Source of the DNA: Candidatus Sulfomarinibacteraceae bacterium
GTDB lineage: Bacteria > Acidobacteriota > Thermoanaerobaculia > Thermoanaerobaculales > Sulfomarinibacteraceae
Reading direction: 5' to 3'
DNA length: 64,000 bases
NCBI GenBank assembly: GCA_963796455.1
Contig: CAWCLO010000008.1
Coordinates: 64,001-128,000, forward strand
Shown here: positions 1-11,121 of the stretch, in pieces
Layout of the letters: each line of letters starts with the position of its first letter
Numbering within the stretch: the stretch's first letter is position 1
Program-made: the position numbers and the translations under genes
Notes under the pieces: model-generated
The model's input: the letters and a program-made list of their open reading frames with translations, nothing else
Databases searched by the model: none
Told to the model about the DNA's origin: nothing

Positions 1-2
1 AT

Positions 3-2204
3 CTGCAAAAAAAAGGCCTTGTGGACCTCGTAGCTCTCGACGAGCTTGCGGCCGCACTCCGCCAGGGTGGAAACAAGGCCCACGATCCCAACCGGCCGAA
101 ACCCCAACTCGACAACAATTCCCGGCAGGAGCTCTATGACCTCGCCCTCGAGTATGCCGAACGTCATCTCGAGCCCGAGGAGATCACCGCGACCATCCTG
201 CTGGTCGAAAAAAGGACCCTCGTCCAGGATGGCGCACGGCTCGCCGAAGACCCCGACACTCCTTTCGAGGTCCTCCGCGACAAGATCCACGAGTTCCTCA
301 ACTTCGCACCCGGCGAGGCGGTCGCGCCTCCCGAGGACGTCATCGGGACCCGCGCCGCGCTGGTTCGCCGTTTTCTCACCGATCAACTCGATTTCATCTC
401 GGTGGCCAAGCGCTATATCCGGGTGCTCGACTTCGGAGAGGTCCTGGACCATATCCTCCCAACCGACGGGCGCTATGGCCGCCTCGGCGGCAAGGCGGCG
501 GGTCTGATCCTGGCCAATTCGATCTTGCAGGAGGCCAGGCGGAAGGGCCGGCTCAAGGTCGACCACAAGATTCCGATCTCGTATTTCCTGCCGTCAAACG
601 GCATCCTCGAGTTCATCGAGCACAACGAGCTCGACGAGGTCATCAACGTGAAATACAAGACCCCGGAGGAGGTGCGCGAGGAGTACCCCCTGGTGGAGCG
701 TCTGTTCAAGAGCGGCTCCTTTCCGCCGACGATCCACAAGGGGCTCGAAGAGATGCTCTACCAGATCGGCGAAGTGCCGCTGGTGGTGCGCTCGTCGAGT
801 CTGCTCGAAGACCGCATCGGACACGCCTTTTCGGGTAAGTACAAGAGTCTCTTCATACCCAACCGGGGCCCTCTGGAGATGCGACTAGCGGCGCTGGAGG
901 ATGCGATCGCCGAGGTCTATGCCTCGATCTTTCACCCGGATCCCATCGAGTATCGGCGCGAACGTGGATTGATCGACTTCCAGGAGCAGATGGGGGTGCT
1001 CATCCAGCAGGTTGTCGGACGTGAGATCGGCGACCTGCTGTGTCCGGTCTTTGCGGGCGTCGCCTTTTCGCGCTGTGAGATGAGGTGGTCGCCGCGGATT
1101 CGCCACACCGATGGAATGGCGCGCCTGGTCCTCGGTCTCGGAACCCGCGCCGTGGATCGAACCGTCACGGACTATCCGGTGCTGGTGGCCCTCGAGCAAC
1201 CGATGTTGCGGGCGGTTCAGCAGCCGGACGAGGTCTATCGCTACTCGCAGCATGACGTTGATGTTGTCGATCTGCGCGAGTCGCAGTTCGAGTCCATGCC
1301 GCTGGCGGATTTCATGCGTCGGGTCGGCCGCAAACTGCCGAATATGAACCGTGTGTTTTCGCTCTATCGTGACCGGCAGATACTGCCGATGGTCGGTCTG
1401 ATGGCACAGATGCAGCCCGACGAGTTGGTGGTCACCTTCGACGGTTTACTGCGTTCGAGTTTTCCGAGGGATCTCAAGCTGATGCTCGATCTCCTCGAGG
1501 AGGGGCTCGGCGAAGGAGTCGATGTTGAATTCGCCCACGACGGCGAGACGCTCTTCATGCTCCAGTGCCGGGCCCTCAGTCGAGGCAACGCCGCCCAACA
1601 TGTGGAGATACCGGTTGTTGCGGCTGATCAGAAGATCTTCTCTGCCGATCGCTACGTCCAGATGGGTCAGGCCAGGGATGTGGAATACGTCGTGCTGGTT
1701 GATCCGAGAGATTACGAAACACTCGAAACCAGGGAACAGATGCTCCGTGTCGCGCGCGCGGTCGGCGCAGTCAACAAGGTTTTGCCGGAGAAAAAATTCA
1801 TTTTGATGGGGCCGGGGCGATGGGGGAGTCGGGGCGACATTCGACTCGGGGTTCCGGTGACCTACGCCGACATCTGTCACACCTCAGTACTGGTCGAGAT
1901 CGCGCGGCAGAAGGGCTCCTATCTTCCGGATGTCAGCTTTGGCACTCACTTCTTCAATGACCTCGTGGAGTCCGGGATCCAATACCTCCCGCTCTACCCC
2001 GACGACGAGGGCGTGTTGTGGAACGACGACTTCCTCATGGCCTCAAAGAACTGCCTGGCCGAGGTTGTCCCCGAATACGCCGACATGGAGGGTGTGGTGC
2101 GGGTGATCCGGGTTGCCGACGCGGCCGACGGCATGGTGCTGCAGTTGATCATGGACGCCGAGGCGGACAATGCCCTGGCCTTCCTCGCTGCAAGCCCGGA
2201 CTAG
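3..2204 (+). CDS. PEP/pyruvate-binding (PPDK N-terminal, ATP-grasp) domain protein, probably 5'-truncated by the window edge
   Basis: Motifs GGKAAGL, LVVRSSSLLED, FSGKYKS, GLGTRAV, GPGRWGS and SFGTHFF. The frame is open from base 3, upstream of the ORF-track GTG at 21. Confidence 0.85.
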   Translation: MQKKGLVDLVALDELAAALRQGGNKAHDPNRPKPQLDNNSRQELYDLALEYAERHLEPEEITATILLVEKRTLVQDGARLAEDPDTPFEVLRDKIHEFLNFAPGEAVAPPEDVIGTRAALVRRFLTDQLDFISVAKRYIRVLDFGEVLDHILPTDGRYGRLGGKAAGLILANSILQEARRKGRLKVDHKIPISYFLPSNGILEFIEHNELDEVINVKYKTPEEVREEYPLVERLFKSGSFPPTIHKGLEEMLYQIGEVPLVVRSSSLLEDRIGHAFSGKYKSLFIPNRGPLEMRLAALEDAIAEVYASIFHPDPIEYRRERGLIDFQEQMGVLIQQVVGREIGDLLCPVFAGVAFSRCEMRWSPRIRHTDGMARLVLGLGTRAVDRTVTDYPVLVALEQPMLRAVQQPDEVYRYSQHDVDVVDLRESQFESMPLADFMRRVGRKLPNMNRVFSLYRDRQILPMVGLMAQMQPDELVVTFDGLLRSSFPRDLKLMLDLLEEGLGEGVDVEFAHDGETLFMLQCRALSRGNAAQHVEIPVVAADQKIFSADRYVQMGQARDVEYVVLVDPRDYETLETREQMLRVARAVGAVNKVLPEKKFILMGPGRWGSRGDIRLGVPVTYADICHTSVLVEIARQKGSYLPDVSFGTHFFNDLVESGIQYLPLYPDDEGVLWNDDFLMASKNCLAEVVPEYADMEGVVRVIRVADAADGMVLQLIMDAEADNALAFLAASPD

Positions 2205-2265
2205 CTAAAAATCAGGAATGCCGCGCGTGCCTTCCGGTTGAGAGTGAGCATGCGATATCTTCGGC

Positions 2266-2306
2266 GAACTCCGAACTCCGAACTCCGAACTCCGAACTCC
2301 GAACTT
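2266..2306. repeat. Heptamer tandem repeat (GAACTCC)x5+
   Basis: Read directly; lies between convergent stop codons at 2204 and 2313. Confidence 0.95.
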
Positions 2307-2312
2307 GAAAAT

Positions 2313-3584
2313 CTACGCTTCACGCACCCAGCGAATGAGATCCTTGATCTTCGGTTTCGAGCCGTGCATCAGAATTCCGACCCGGTAGATCTTGGCCACC
2401 ACCCACGTACAGGCAAGAATTGCGGCCAGCATCAGAACCACCGAGGCCGCAATCTGGATCGGAGGAACCGGCGACAGGGTCATCCGCAGGAACATGAGGA
2501 TGGGTGTGAAGAAGGGGACGAGCGAGAGCGCCACCGATGCCGGGCTATTCGGTTGGTTGATGACGAGCCACATCAACATCAGCGGGATGATCAGGGGGAG
2601 AATGACCACGAACTGGAAGTTCTGGGCTTCCTGTTCGGTGTCGAATGCCGCCCCGATCCCCGCGTACAGGGTGCCGTAGAGAAGAAAGCCGAGCACGAAG
2701 TAGACGACGAAAAAGATCAGGAGTTGAGCGGGTAATTCGGGCAGGTTGATATTTCCCATGCCGGCCGCCGAAGCCATGCCGGGCGCTGAAATCGCCGCCA
2801 TCGCGATCGACCACAGCAGGAATTGGGTGAGACCCACCGCTCCGATGCCGAGGATCTTGCCGAGCATGAGCTCGAAGGGTTTGACGGTGGAGATCACCAC
2901 CTCGACGACGTGCGAGCTCTTCTCCTCGAGGACCCCGCGCATGACATACATGCCGTACATCAATACCGTCATGTAAATGATCATCACGAAGACGTAGGCC
3001 AACAGAAAGGTCTGGCCGTCGTCCCGGGTTTCTTCGCCACCCTTGCCCAGTTTGAGTTTTCTGAGGCCGACGCGGCGGGTGAGCTCACTCACCGCCTCCG
3101 GATCGAGGCCGGCGCCGGTGAGGCGATCGGCCACCATCACGTTGTTGACCGATCGTTCGAGCACTTCGATCAGTCTGAAGGCAGCCACGTTTGGCGCCAC
3201 ATACTCCGGACGGCCTTCATCCGGAAGGGTCGCCGGCAATACGAGCATACCGTCATAATCGTCTTTGCCGATCTGTGACTTGACCAGTTCCCTTGACGCT
3301 TCGACGTCGGCGCCGGCTTCAACTTCGACCAAAGTGATGCCGAGGGGTTCGTCCTCGCCCGACAGGAATCGTTGCACCTCGGCCTCGACGGGATCGAAAA
3401 AGCGTCCCGAGAGATCGAGAACGGCAATGGAGAATTCGCCTGCGCCCCGCGTCGCGAGCCACGCGGGAATGATCATCAGGGCGGCCATGACGGCGGGCAC
3501 GATCAGTGTCGCGATCCAGAAGGCCTTGGTTCGAATCCGTTCGAGATACTCGCGGCGGATGACGGCGAAAATGCGGTCAATCAT
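2313..3584 (-). CDS. ABC-2 type transporter permease (NatB/YhaP-like)
   Basis: Starts MIDRIFAVIRREYLERIRTK. Contains EEKSSHVVEVVIS..PFELMLGKILG and multiple TM helices. Overlaps the ATPase stop. Confidence 0.9.
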   Translation of the reverse strand: MIDRIFAVIRREYLERIRTKAFWIATLIVPAVMAALMIIPAWLATRGAGEFSIAVLDLSGRFFDPVEAEVQRFLSGEDEPLGITLVEVEAGADVEASRELVKSQIGKDDYDGMLVLPATLPDEGRPEYVAPNVAAFRLIEVLERSVNNVMVADRLTGAGLDPEAVSELTRRVGLRKLKLGKGGEETRDDGQTFLLAYVFVMIIYMTVLMYGMYVMRGVLEEKSSHVVEVVISTVKPFELMLGKILGIGAVGLTQFLLWSIAMAAISAPGMASAAGMGNINLPELPAQLLIFFVVYFVLGFLLYGTLYAGIGAAFDTEQEAQNFQFVVILPLIIPLMLMWLVINQPNSPASVALSLVPFFTPILMFLRMTLSPVPPIQIAASVVLMLAAILACTWVVAKIYRVGILMHGSKPKIKDLIRWVREA

Positions 3585-4488
3585 GGATTCGGTCCTCCTC
3601 CACGGCGCGGATGAAGATATTTTCGAGATCGGGGATGAAGCGGGTGAAAGATTCGACCTCACCGTGGTCGACGAGCGCCCGCAGGAGATCCCTGGGTTCG
3701 TGCCCATCGCCGAGCTCGACCAACACCTCGTCGCCGAGCGGTTTGACCGCGACCACCCCGGGCAGCCGCGCGAGCTCGGTATTCGCGAGCACCGATTTCA
3801 CCCGCCAGGTATTGCCTCCATAGTCGGCACGAATACCGTCGAGATCGCCATAGAGAATCGGCCGGGCGCGGTTGATCAGACAGATGTCGGAGCACAGCTC
3901 GTCAGCCTGTGGCAGGACGTGGGTTGATAAAACGATGGTCACGCCCTCTTCGGCCATCTGCAGCATCAGGTTTTTGAGTTCGCGGGTGTTGATGGGATCG
4001 AGCCCGGAGAACGGCTCGTCGAGAATCAGGAGCGGCGGCCGGTGGAGGATGGTGCCGATGAACTGGATCTTCTGTTGCATCCCCTTCGAGAGATCTTCGA
4101 CCTTGTGGGTCGCCCACTCGCCGAGTGAGAATCGGTCGAGCCAGGCCAGGGAACGTTTGCGGGCCTCACGGGGCCGCAAACCGCGGATGGTCCCGAGATA
4201 CACCAGGTGCTCGATGACCTTCATCTTTTTGTACAGACCGCGCTCTTCGGGGAGATAACCGATGATCCGCCGCGTGTCGTCGTCCACCGGCTGTCCGTCG
4301 AGTAAAACCGTGCCCGAGTCCGAGGCAATGATCCGCATCACCATCCGGATGGTGGTGGTCTTGCCGGCCCCATTCGGTCCCAATAGTCCAAAGACCGATC
4401 CCCGCGGGACCGACAAACTGAGATTGTCGACCGCCACGTGATCGCCATAACGTTTGCAGAGATTCTGCAGATCGAGAATCGATTCCAC
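3577..4488 (-). CDS. ABC transporter ATP-binding protein (YhaQ/NatA-like)
   Basis: Walker A GPNGAGKTT, signature LSKGMQQK, Walker B LILDEP. GTG at 4488 has an AAGGGGG RBS; an alternative start is 4509. Confidence 0.92.
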   Translation of the reverse strand: MESILDLQNLCKRYGDHVAVDNLSLSVPRGSVFGLLGPNGAGKTTTIRMVMRIIASDSGTVLLDGQPVDDDTRRIIGYLPEERGLYKKMKVIEHLVYLGTIRGLRPREARKRSLAWLDRFSLGEWATHKVEDLSKGMQQKIQFIGTILHRPPLLILDEPFSGLDPINTRELKNLMLQMAEEGVTIVLSTHVLPQADELCSDICLINRARPILYGDLDGIRADYGGNTWRVKSVLANTELARLPGVVAVKPLGDEVLVELGDGHEPRDLLRALVDHGEVESFTRFIPDLENIFIRAVEEDRIHD

Positions 4489-4649
4489 GGTTCCCCCTTG
4501 GCTGGACACCGAAGAATACTACGCGCCATCCAGGTGCGTGTTCCATTTCTTGCTTTTCCGCCGTCCATGTCGAGGCCACCGATCGAGGAAAATGCAGCCG
4601 GCGTCTTGAATCCAGAAGCACCCTGTGGCACAATACGCATCCCTTGGCT

Positions 4650-4727
4650 GCGCCGATAGCTCAATTGGATAGAGCATCTGGCTACGGACCAGAAGGTTAG
4701 GGGTTCGAGTCCCTTCTCGGCGCGCCA
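4650..4727 (+). tRNA. tRNA-Arg(ACG)
   Basis: Acceptor GCGCCGA/TCGGCGC, D-arm GCTC..GAGC, anticodon stem TCTGG-CT ACG GA-CCAGA, T-loop TTCGAGT, encoded CCA. There is one extra nucleotide between the T-stem and acceptor. Confidence 0.93.
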
Positions 4728-4919
4728 CTTCTTTTTCAATCTGCGATTGAAGAAGAAGTGTCACGGTGTAGCCCTTAGGGCGAAGCCGGACGCCCCTCCC
4801 CACCCTCTCAACCCCGGGACCGTTTTGAAAGCCTCGTCCCTATGGCGCGATGTGGAGGACCAGGAATATCGCTCGTGAGATATCATGAGGATCACGAGAT
4901 AGCTGGAAAGGTGGCCGCC

Positions 4920-5469
4920 ATGCAATGTCCGCGATGCCAGTGTCGAATTCGGAACGAAAACCCTTGGTGAACTCGAGATCGAGGAGTGCCCTCACGATGC
5001 AGCGGCAGCCTGGCTCGAGGAAGAAGAGCTCCGCAAGGCGAAAGACGAGGCGGATCCCGATCTGGTGTGGATGGATTTCGAGATCTGGAAACACTCGGAT
5101 CGATTCAAGGTGACCATGAAACCGCTCAGCTGTCCGAGGTGTGAGATCGAGATGGCCGCGGTCGAATACGATACGACCGAGATCGAGATCGACTACTGCA
5201 TCCGCTGCCAGGGGGTGTGGCTCGACGCCGGGGAACTGGAAAAGATCGTGGAGTCCCTCGAAGAAGAGCTGGTCAACAAAGATCTTCCGGAATACATCGC
5301 TGCCAGTCTTCGCGAGGCCAAACAGGTCCTTGCAGGGCCCGAGACCCTGCTCTCGGAGTGGAAGGACTTTCGCACCGTCCTGCGCATGCTCGAATACCGG
5401 GTATTGGCAAAGAACCCGACCGTTGCCCGGGCCCTCGCGGCCATTCAAATCGGCGATCCGTTTCGATAG
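4920..5469 (+). pseudogene. Tandem zf-TFIIB zinc-ribbon protein, frameshifted near 4938 (probably a sequencing error)
   Basis: ATG 4920 with an upstream GAAAGGTGG RBS gives MQCPRC. A shift to the frame of ORF 5065..5469 then gives SVEFGTKTLGELEIEECP..W, followed by CPRCEIEM..IDYCIRCQGVWLDAGEL. Confidence 0.75.
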
Positions 5470-5518
5470 CGGCGAACGAGAGCCCGAACCCGGTGAAGAT
5501 CGAGTGGCCGAAATGCCG

Positions 5519-6457
5519 TCAATCGATCAGCTTGCCGTGTCCTTCGACGTCGGTGTAGACGTGCAGAGCGTCGTCCCACTTCTTCACATCGACTGTCCAT
5601 CCTCCGGGAAAGTACAGCGATCCGCCCACCGAGACCTTCATGAAGAAACCTGTTGTCATGCCGACAAAAAAGCGCTGGTAACCGGATTGTTCGCTCCAGA
5701 TCGAGGTGCGGCCGGAAATTCCCGCGGCTGTGTCGAGCCAGGTCACCGGCAGACCCATGGGGTCGTCGACCGCCTGCACCATGGCCACACTGGTTGGGAG
5801 AACGGCCGCAAGTCCATATGAAAGACCGGATATGGGCTCTCTCACCCGTGCGTCGACCGACCGAACCCCTTTCGATCCGATGGCCGATTTTGAGTGCAGG
5901 GTCATCTCGAAATTTCCCTTGTAGGCGATCGTTGCATTGCCACCCCCGTAGACCGCGTTCAACCGGTCAACCGCCTCCGTGTTCCCAGTGACCCACATCA
6001 GGATGAGGTAGCGATGATCTTCTGGGTCGGTGAGGCTGACCGCGGTCGTGCCGAGATAAAACGAATCTCCTGGGCCGCAGGTCGCCTCGGGGTCGATCTC
6101 CGGGAGATAGCCCAGCCCCGGGTATTGTTCGCGGCAGGAAAAATCCCAGAAAACCTGAACCTTGGCCCGTCTCGCGTCCATGTAATGCAGATTGACCGAG
6201 GCCCAACCGGCCTGCTTCAGCATGGCATCGAGCTGTTGTTTATCGACCCACAGGGAATACATCAATTGGGTTGACCGGAAACGTATGACGTCGGGAGGTC
6301 GGAGCAAAGCGGTTGTTGGGAAGCGATTGGTGATCGAACTATAGGTCGGCAGAGGATCACGATCCGCTGCAGGGGCGGGCGCCCCGGCAGCTCCACAGAC
6401 CAGGATGGTTGTGGTGAGCAGGGCTGTCGACACTCTCGAACAATGACACGAGGTCAT
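5519..6457 (-). CDS. Hypothetical secreted protein (possible acetoacetate-decarboxylase-like beta fold)
   Basis: GGAGG RBS before ATG 6457 and a signal-peptide-like N-terminus (..ILVCGAAGAPAPAA). The fold guess is weak inference. Confidence 0.6.
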   Translation of the reverse strand: MTSCHCSRVSTALLTTTILVCGAAGAPAPAADRDPLPTYSSITNRFPTTALLRPPDVIRFRSTQLMYSLWVDKQQLDAMLKQAGWASVNLHYMDARRAKVQVFWDFSCREQYPGLGYLPEIDPEATCGPGDSFYLGTTAVSLTDPEDHRYLILMWVTGNTEAVDRLNAVYGGGNATIAYKGNFEMTLHSKSAIGSKGVRSVDARVREPISGLSYGLAAVLPTSVAMVQAVDDPMGLPVTWLDTAAGISGRTSIWSEQSGYQRFFVGMTTGFFMKVSVGGSLYFPGGWTVDVKKWDDALHVYTDVEGHGKLID

Positions 6458-6793
6458 ACGCCACCTCCAATCGAAGGCGACATCACCTCGACGATCGTCC
6501 GGACCACATCGGTTGAGACGTGCCGCCAAGTTGCGTGAGCTGGGCGTAACCCGACCTCCGGCCCGCCGGCCGACAGCTACATCGGGAACGAACAGCCCTT
6601 CATGAGTTTTTCTTCGGATACTCTGATGAAGAATGTGGTTCCGTTTCGAGCTCGTCGCAACAACCGTATGCAAGTATCGAAAAACACTCATTCCCCCAAA
6701 TGAGGTGTTCACCGAAGGTGGTGTTCTAGGGTTGCCATCTACGCGGCCGTCGCGAATCGGGTTCGACGGTCTACCGGGTCGGTTCGTGATCCC

Positions 6794-7666
6794 TCAACGG
6801 GATTGGCCGGCACCCTGGCACAAAGCAGGCAGAGGCCAGGCGCCCTTGAAACCCGCGTTCCTGAGTTTTGTGGCCGACCATTTTGCGGTCTTCTTGTCGT
6901 TGATGGGCCCGACGCGGATCTTGTAAAACGGCAGGTCGCTCTCGTCGCGCACGGTGATGACCGCCTGGTGGTAGGAGGGAAAGCCGATCTCGTCGAGTTG
7001 ACCGCTGATCTCCTCGATCACGTCCTGATCGGTCACTCGCATCACCTCCACCCACCATTCGACGCATTCCGACCGGGCCGCCTGTTCTTCGGTGAGGTCG
7101 GTCTCCGCTGGATCCTCCTTCTCGAGGATACCGACCCGGTTGTTCACGAAATCGGCCATCACCGTGGTGGCCTCGCCTGCCTCGACGTCGACCCTGGTGC
7201 TGAGAACCACTCCATATCTTTCGAAAAAGATCTTATGGTTCCCGACCGGGACCTCGCGGATGGTTTTGGTCGGTTTGTCCTTCAGCATCCGTTCACCGGC
7301 GAACTGGACGAGACAGTTCTCGGGCTCCGAGGTCACCACGATTCGGCCCACTGCCTGGGTGACCCCAGCGGCAGCCTCCGTGTCCCCCGACGGATCCTCT
7401 TCGATGCGGACCTCGGCTCGAATCGGACCGGCAACCACTGAAAAGTCTCGTGGCGGGTGGCCCGCCTTTTCGGCCCGGATGGTGTGGATCCCGGCATCGA
7501 GCCCGGCAAGCAGGAGGCCTTCTTCTTCCTCGGTGGTGACGCCGGCGAATTCGCCATCGACAAAGATCCTGAACCCGGGGGGGCCGCTCACGACCACATC
7601 GCCGGTGGCCGCCTGAGCGGCTGCTCCAAGGTACAGAATGAGAGAGAGAACGTAGATAACCCGCAT
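6794..7666 (-). CDS. Secreted protein with two PEGA domains and a C-terminal SPOR domain
   Basis: Signal peptide; PEGA-like repeats (GFRIFVDGEFAG..GIHTIRAEKAG and VTSEPENCLV..GNHKIFFE); SPOR-like YKIRVGP..ATKLRNAGF. Alternative start at 7705. Confidence 0.75.
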   Translation of the reverse strand: MRVIYVLSLILYLGAAAQAATGDVVVSGPPGFRIFVDGEFAGVTTEEEEGLLLAGLDAGIHTIRAEKAGHPPRDFSVVAGPIRAEVRIEEDPSGDTEAAAGVTQAVGRIVVTSEPENCLVQFAGERMLKDKPTKTIREVPVGNHKIFFERYGVVLSTRVDVEAGEATTVMADFVNNRVGILEKEDPAETDLTEEQAARSECVEWWVEVMRVTDQDVIEEISGQLDEIGFPSYHQAVITVRDESDLPFYKIRVGPINDKKTAKWSATKLRNAGFKGAWPLPALCQGAGQSR

Positions 7667-7756
7667 CCGACCATGCCTCCCTGAGAGCTTCAAAGGATCT
7701 CGCATCCGCTTGATATTAGCCTGTCCGTAGGAGATCGGCCCGCATGTCTCGACGCG

Positions 7757-8560
7757 TCAACGCAACATCCGCGCGATGATTTCTTTGAGAAATTTGGCCG
7801 CGGTCAGGGCAGTGATGTCGTTGTTGTCGCGGTCGGGATTGAGCTCGACGATGTCGGCGCCGACCGGGGCACAGGGCAGCGATTGGATGATGTCGATGAC
7901 CTCTCTGCTCGACAATCCTCCCGGTTCCGGGTGGGACAACCCGGGTGCAAAGGCCGGATCGAGAACATCGAGATCGATGGAAAGATAGAGCGGTGCCTGG
8001 AGCGAAGCGACGGCCTCCCGCCAGTCCGCCCCGGCCGCGATGGTCTCGACCCCGAAGCGCTCCGCTTGTTTGATCTGATGAGGGTTCGGCCCGCGAATCC
8101 CCACCGAAACCAGGCGGGTCGCCAATTCCTCCTCCATGATGCGTGCAAAGGGGCAGGCGTGAGAGGTTTTGCTGTCTTTGAACTCGTCGTAGAGGTCGGG
8201 GTGAGCGTCAAGGTGGAGGATGGTCAGACCGAGGTGCATGGCGGCGTGGGCGCGGACCAGGGGCCAGGTGATGGAGTGGTCCCCACCCAGCGCCAGAATC
8301 TGGTTCCCGACCGCCATCAAACCACCCATCCGGCTCTCGATCTCTTTGAAAGTGGGTTGATCATCGGTAGATCCTACGTCGCCTCGATCACGCCACCGAT
8401 CGTCCATCCCGAGATCGAGACCGTCTTCGGCACAGAGATTGGTCGATTCACAAAGAAGCGCGTCGCGAATTTTCTCGGGAGCTTTCGAGGCACCTCGGAG
8501 ATAGGACGAGTTGAGATCGAGCGGCACCCCGAGGACGGCGATTGATCGATCTTCTGGCAT
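7757..8560 (-). CDS. speB: Agmatinase / ureohydrolase (arginase family)
   Basis: Metal-binding motifs GGDHSIT, HLDAHPDL, SHACPF and SIDLDVLDPAFAPG. Confidence 0.88.
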   Translation of the reverse strand: MPEDRSIAVLGVPLDLNSSYLRGASKAPEKIRDALLCESTNLCAEDGLDLGMDDRWRDRGDVGSTDDQPTFKEIESRMGGLMAVGNQILALGGDHSITWPLVRAHAAMHLGLTILHLDAHPDLYDEFKDSKTSHACPFARIMEEELATRLVSVGIRGPNPHQIKQAERFGVETIAAGADWREAVASLQAPLYLSIDLDVLDPAFAPGLSHPEPGGLSSREVIDIIQSLPCAPVGADIVELNPDRDNNDITALTAAKFLKEIIARMLR

Positions 8561-8726
8561 GAACTCCATTGTATCGAGGTGGCGAGGGCTCGGCCATGGT
8601 GATTCGTCACATCGTGCGGATTTCGCGGCGAAGGAATGCCATCGCCGACCATATTGAGACAAGATATCTTTTCTGCGATACAATGCGGCCGCGGATTCAG
8701 GGTGAACAATAGATTGAGGAGTCGGA

Positions 8727-11108
8727 ATGATCGGGCAGACCCTTTCTCACTACAAGATCATCGGCAAGCTGGGCGAGGGCGGCATGGGCGTGGTTTATCG
8801 CGCCGAGGACATCGATCTCGGTCGGCAGGTATCGCTCAAGTTGCTCCCTGAAGAAATGGCGGCCGATGAGGATCGACTCGAAAGATTCCGGCGCGAGGCA
8901 AAAGCGGTGGCGGCACTCAATCACCCGAATATCGTCACGATCCACAGCATCGAGGAATCGGAGGGATGCCATTTCCTCACGATGGAGTTGGTCGAAGGTG
9001 ACAGCCTCGACCACCTGATCCCCCCGGGCGGTTTTCCGCTGGCCAAGGTCTTTGATATCGCCATCCCGCTGGCCGACGCCTTTGCCGCGGCCCATGAGCG
9101 CGGAATCATCCACCGTGATCTCAAGCCGGCGAATGTCATGCTCGGTGATGACGGACGCATCAAGGTGCTCGATTTCGGTCTTGTGAAACTGGTCGAGAAC
9201 GACACCGGCGGCGAACCCGAAGAGGTCACGGCTCTGCCGACCCGAGCTACCGGTCTCACGGCAGAGGGTATGGTCATGGGTACTGCCCCCTACATGTCAC
9301 CCGAACAGGTCGAGGGAAAAAGAGTCGACCATCGGACTGATATTTTTTCGCTCGGTATCGTCTTGTACGAAATCGCGACCGGAAGCCGACCTTTCGAGGG
9401 CGACACCTCCGCCGCCCTGGTGTCGAGCATTCTCCGCGACACACCACCGACGGTTTCAGAGATCAACGAAAACCTGCCCCGCCATTTTGGGCGCATCGTC
9501 CAACACTGTCTTGAAAAAGACCCGGAGGCGAGATACCAATCGGCCAAAGATGTGCGCAACGTGCTCGCAGGTTTGCGCAAGGAAGTCGATTCCGGTTCGG
9601 TGGCCTTGAGCAGCGGACCCTTGTCGATCACCTCGGGATCGATGGAGGTGTCAACGAAGAAACGAACCGGACTCTGGGCATTGACCGCCGTCGCGGCGGT
9701 GCTCGTGCTGGGCGCCGGTCTGTGGATCGGTCGCAACCTGAAAACCGATGCGGCTGGTTCGGGTCGTTCAGTTAATGAAGGGTCCGCGGTGCCGGCCGCC
9801 GCCGAGGCGGAGCGTGTCCCCTCCGTCGCGGTGCTGCCCTTTGCCAACCTCAGTGCCGATCCGGACAACGAATATTTCACCGACGGTTTGACCGAAGAGC
9901 TGATAACCGCCCTGATGAAGGTGGAAGGCCTGAGAATACCGGCCCGTAGCTCCGTCTACGCGCTCAAAGAAACCAAACTCGATGTCCAGGAGATCGGCGA
10001 ACGGCTCGGAGTCGACAACATCATCGAGGGCAGCGTGCGCAAGGTCGGCAATCAGTTACGCATCAGCGCCCAGCTGATCAACGTGGACGATGGTTTCAAC
10101 ATCTGGTCCGAGACCTACGACCGCGAGCTTGAAGACGTCTTCGTGATCCAGGACGAAATCTCGCAAAATATTGTCGACGCGTTGCAGCTGACACTGAGCC
10201 CCGTCGAGAAACAGGCCCTTCGATCCGAACGCACCACCGATTTTCAAGCCTACGAAAACTATCTGCGCGGGCGGGGCTACTACCGGCGCCGCACCCGGAC
10301 GGATTTTCAATCGGCGAGTGAGATGTTTCAGAAGGCCATCGAGATCGATCCGGGTTATGCGTTGGCCCATGCCGGTTTGGCCGATACGTATACCGAGTTC
10401 TGGCGCAACTACGAGAGCACCGAGGAAAACCTGGTCAAGGCGGAGGCGGCGAGCCGGAAGGCTGTAGAGCTCGATCCGAATCTGGCGGAAGCACACGCGT
10501 CGCGGGGCTTCGCCCTCGGCCAGAGGGGAGAGTACGAGATGGCAGAGGCCGAGTTCCGGCAGGCCATTTCACTCGACCCGAGGCTCTTCGAGGCCTACTA
10601 CTATTTTGGTACCGTGGCATTTACGGAAGGCCACCTGGAAATCGCGGCGGAGATGTTCGAAAAAGCGAGCGAAGCGGCTCCGGACGAGATCCGCGCTCTG
10701 CAATTGTTGCCGCAGGTCTATACGAGCCTCGGACGATCGTCGGCGGCCCAGTCGGCGAACCAACGACGGGTCGAGATCGTCGAGCGCCGGCTCGAGTTCG
10801 ACCCGGATGACGTTCCGATGCTGCTTGACGGGGCGAGCGCCTTGGCCGCCCTCGGCGAGCGGCAACGAAGTCTCGAGTGGGCGGGTCGGATTCTGGACCG
10901 GGCGGGCGACGATGCGCTGGTGCTCTATAACCTGGCCTGTCTCTACTCGCTGGCCGGCGAGCTCAGTTCGTCCCTCGATGCGCTCGAACGATCGTACAAG
11001 GCGGGTCTCGCCGATCCTGACTGGATGCAACAGGATTCGGATCTGGACAATATCCGCGACCATCCCCGCTACAAGCAGCTGGTCAAACAGATGGAGACGT
11101 CCGGGTAG
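8727..11108 (+). CDS. Ser/Thr protein kinase with TM segment, TolB-like domain and TPR repeats
   Basis: [52 protein letters not shown]-terminal TPRs. Confidence 0.93.
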   Translation: MIGQTLSHYKIIGKLGEGGMGVVYRAEDIDLGRQVSLKLLPEEMAADEDRLERFRREAKAVAALNHPNIVTIHSIEESEGCHFLTMELVEGDSLDHLIPPGGFPLAKVFDIAIPLADAFAAAHERGIIHRDLKPANVMLGDDGRIKVLDFGLVKLVENDTGGEPEEVTALPTRATGLTAEGMVMGTAPYMSPEQVEGKRVDHRTDIFSLGIVLYEIATGSRPFEGDTSAALVSSILRDTPPTVSEINENLPRHFGRIVQHCLEKDPEARYQSAKDVRNVLAGLRKEVDSGSVALSSGPLSITSGSMEVSTKKRTGLWALTAVAAVLVLGAGLWIGRNLKTDAAGSGRSVNEGSAVPAAAEAERVPSVAVLPFANLSADPDNEYFTDGLTEELITALMKVEGLRIPARSSVYALKETKLDVQEIGERLGVDNIIEGSVRKVGNQLRISAQLINVDDGFNIWSETYDRELEDVFVIQDEISQNIVDALQLTLSPVEKQALRSERTTDFQAYENYLRGRGYYRRRTRTDFQSASEMFQKAIEIDPGYALAHAGLADTYTEFWRNYESTEENLVKAEAASRKAVELDPNLAEAHASRGFALGQRGEYEMAEAEFRQAISLDPRLFEAYYYFGTVAFTEGHLEIAAEMFEKASEAAPDEIRALQLLPQVYTSLGRSSAAQSANQRRVEIVERRLEFDPDDVPMLLDGASALAALGERQRSLEWAGRILDRAGDDALVLYNLACLYSLAGELSSSLDALERSYKAGLADPDWMQQDSDLDNIRDHPRYKQLVKQMETSG

Positions 11109-11121
11109 GTTGACGGGGGCG

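Noticed and set aside
4727..6800. Genomic island or prophage at tRNA-Arg
   Set aside because: I saw no integrase and no duplicated tRNA-Arg 3' end in the window.
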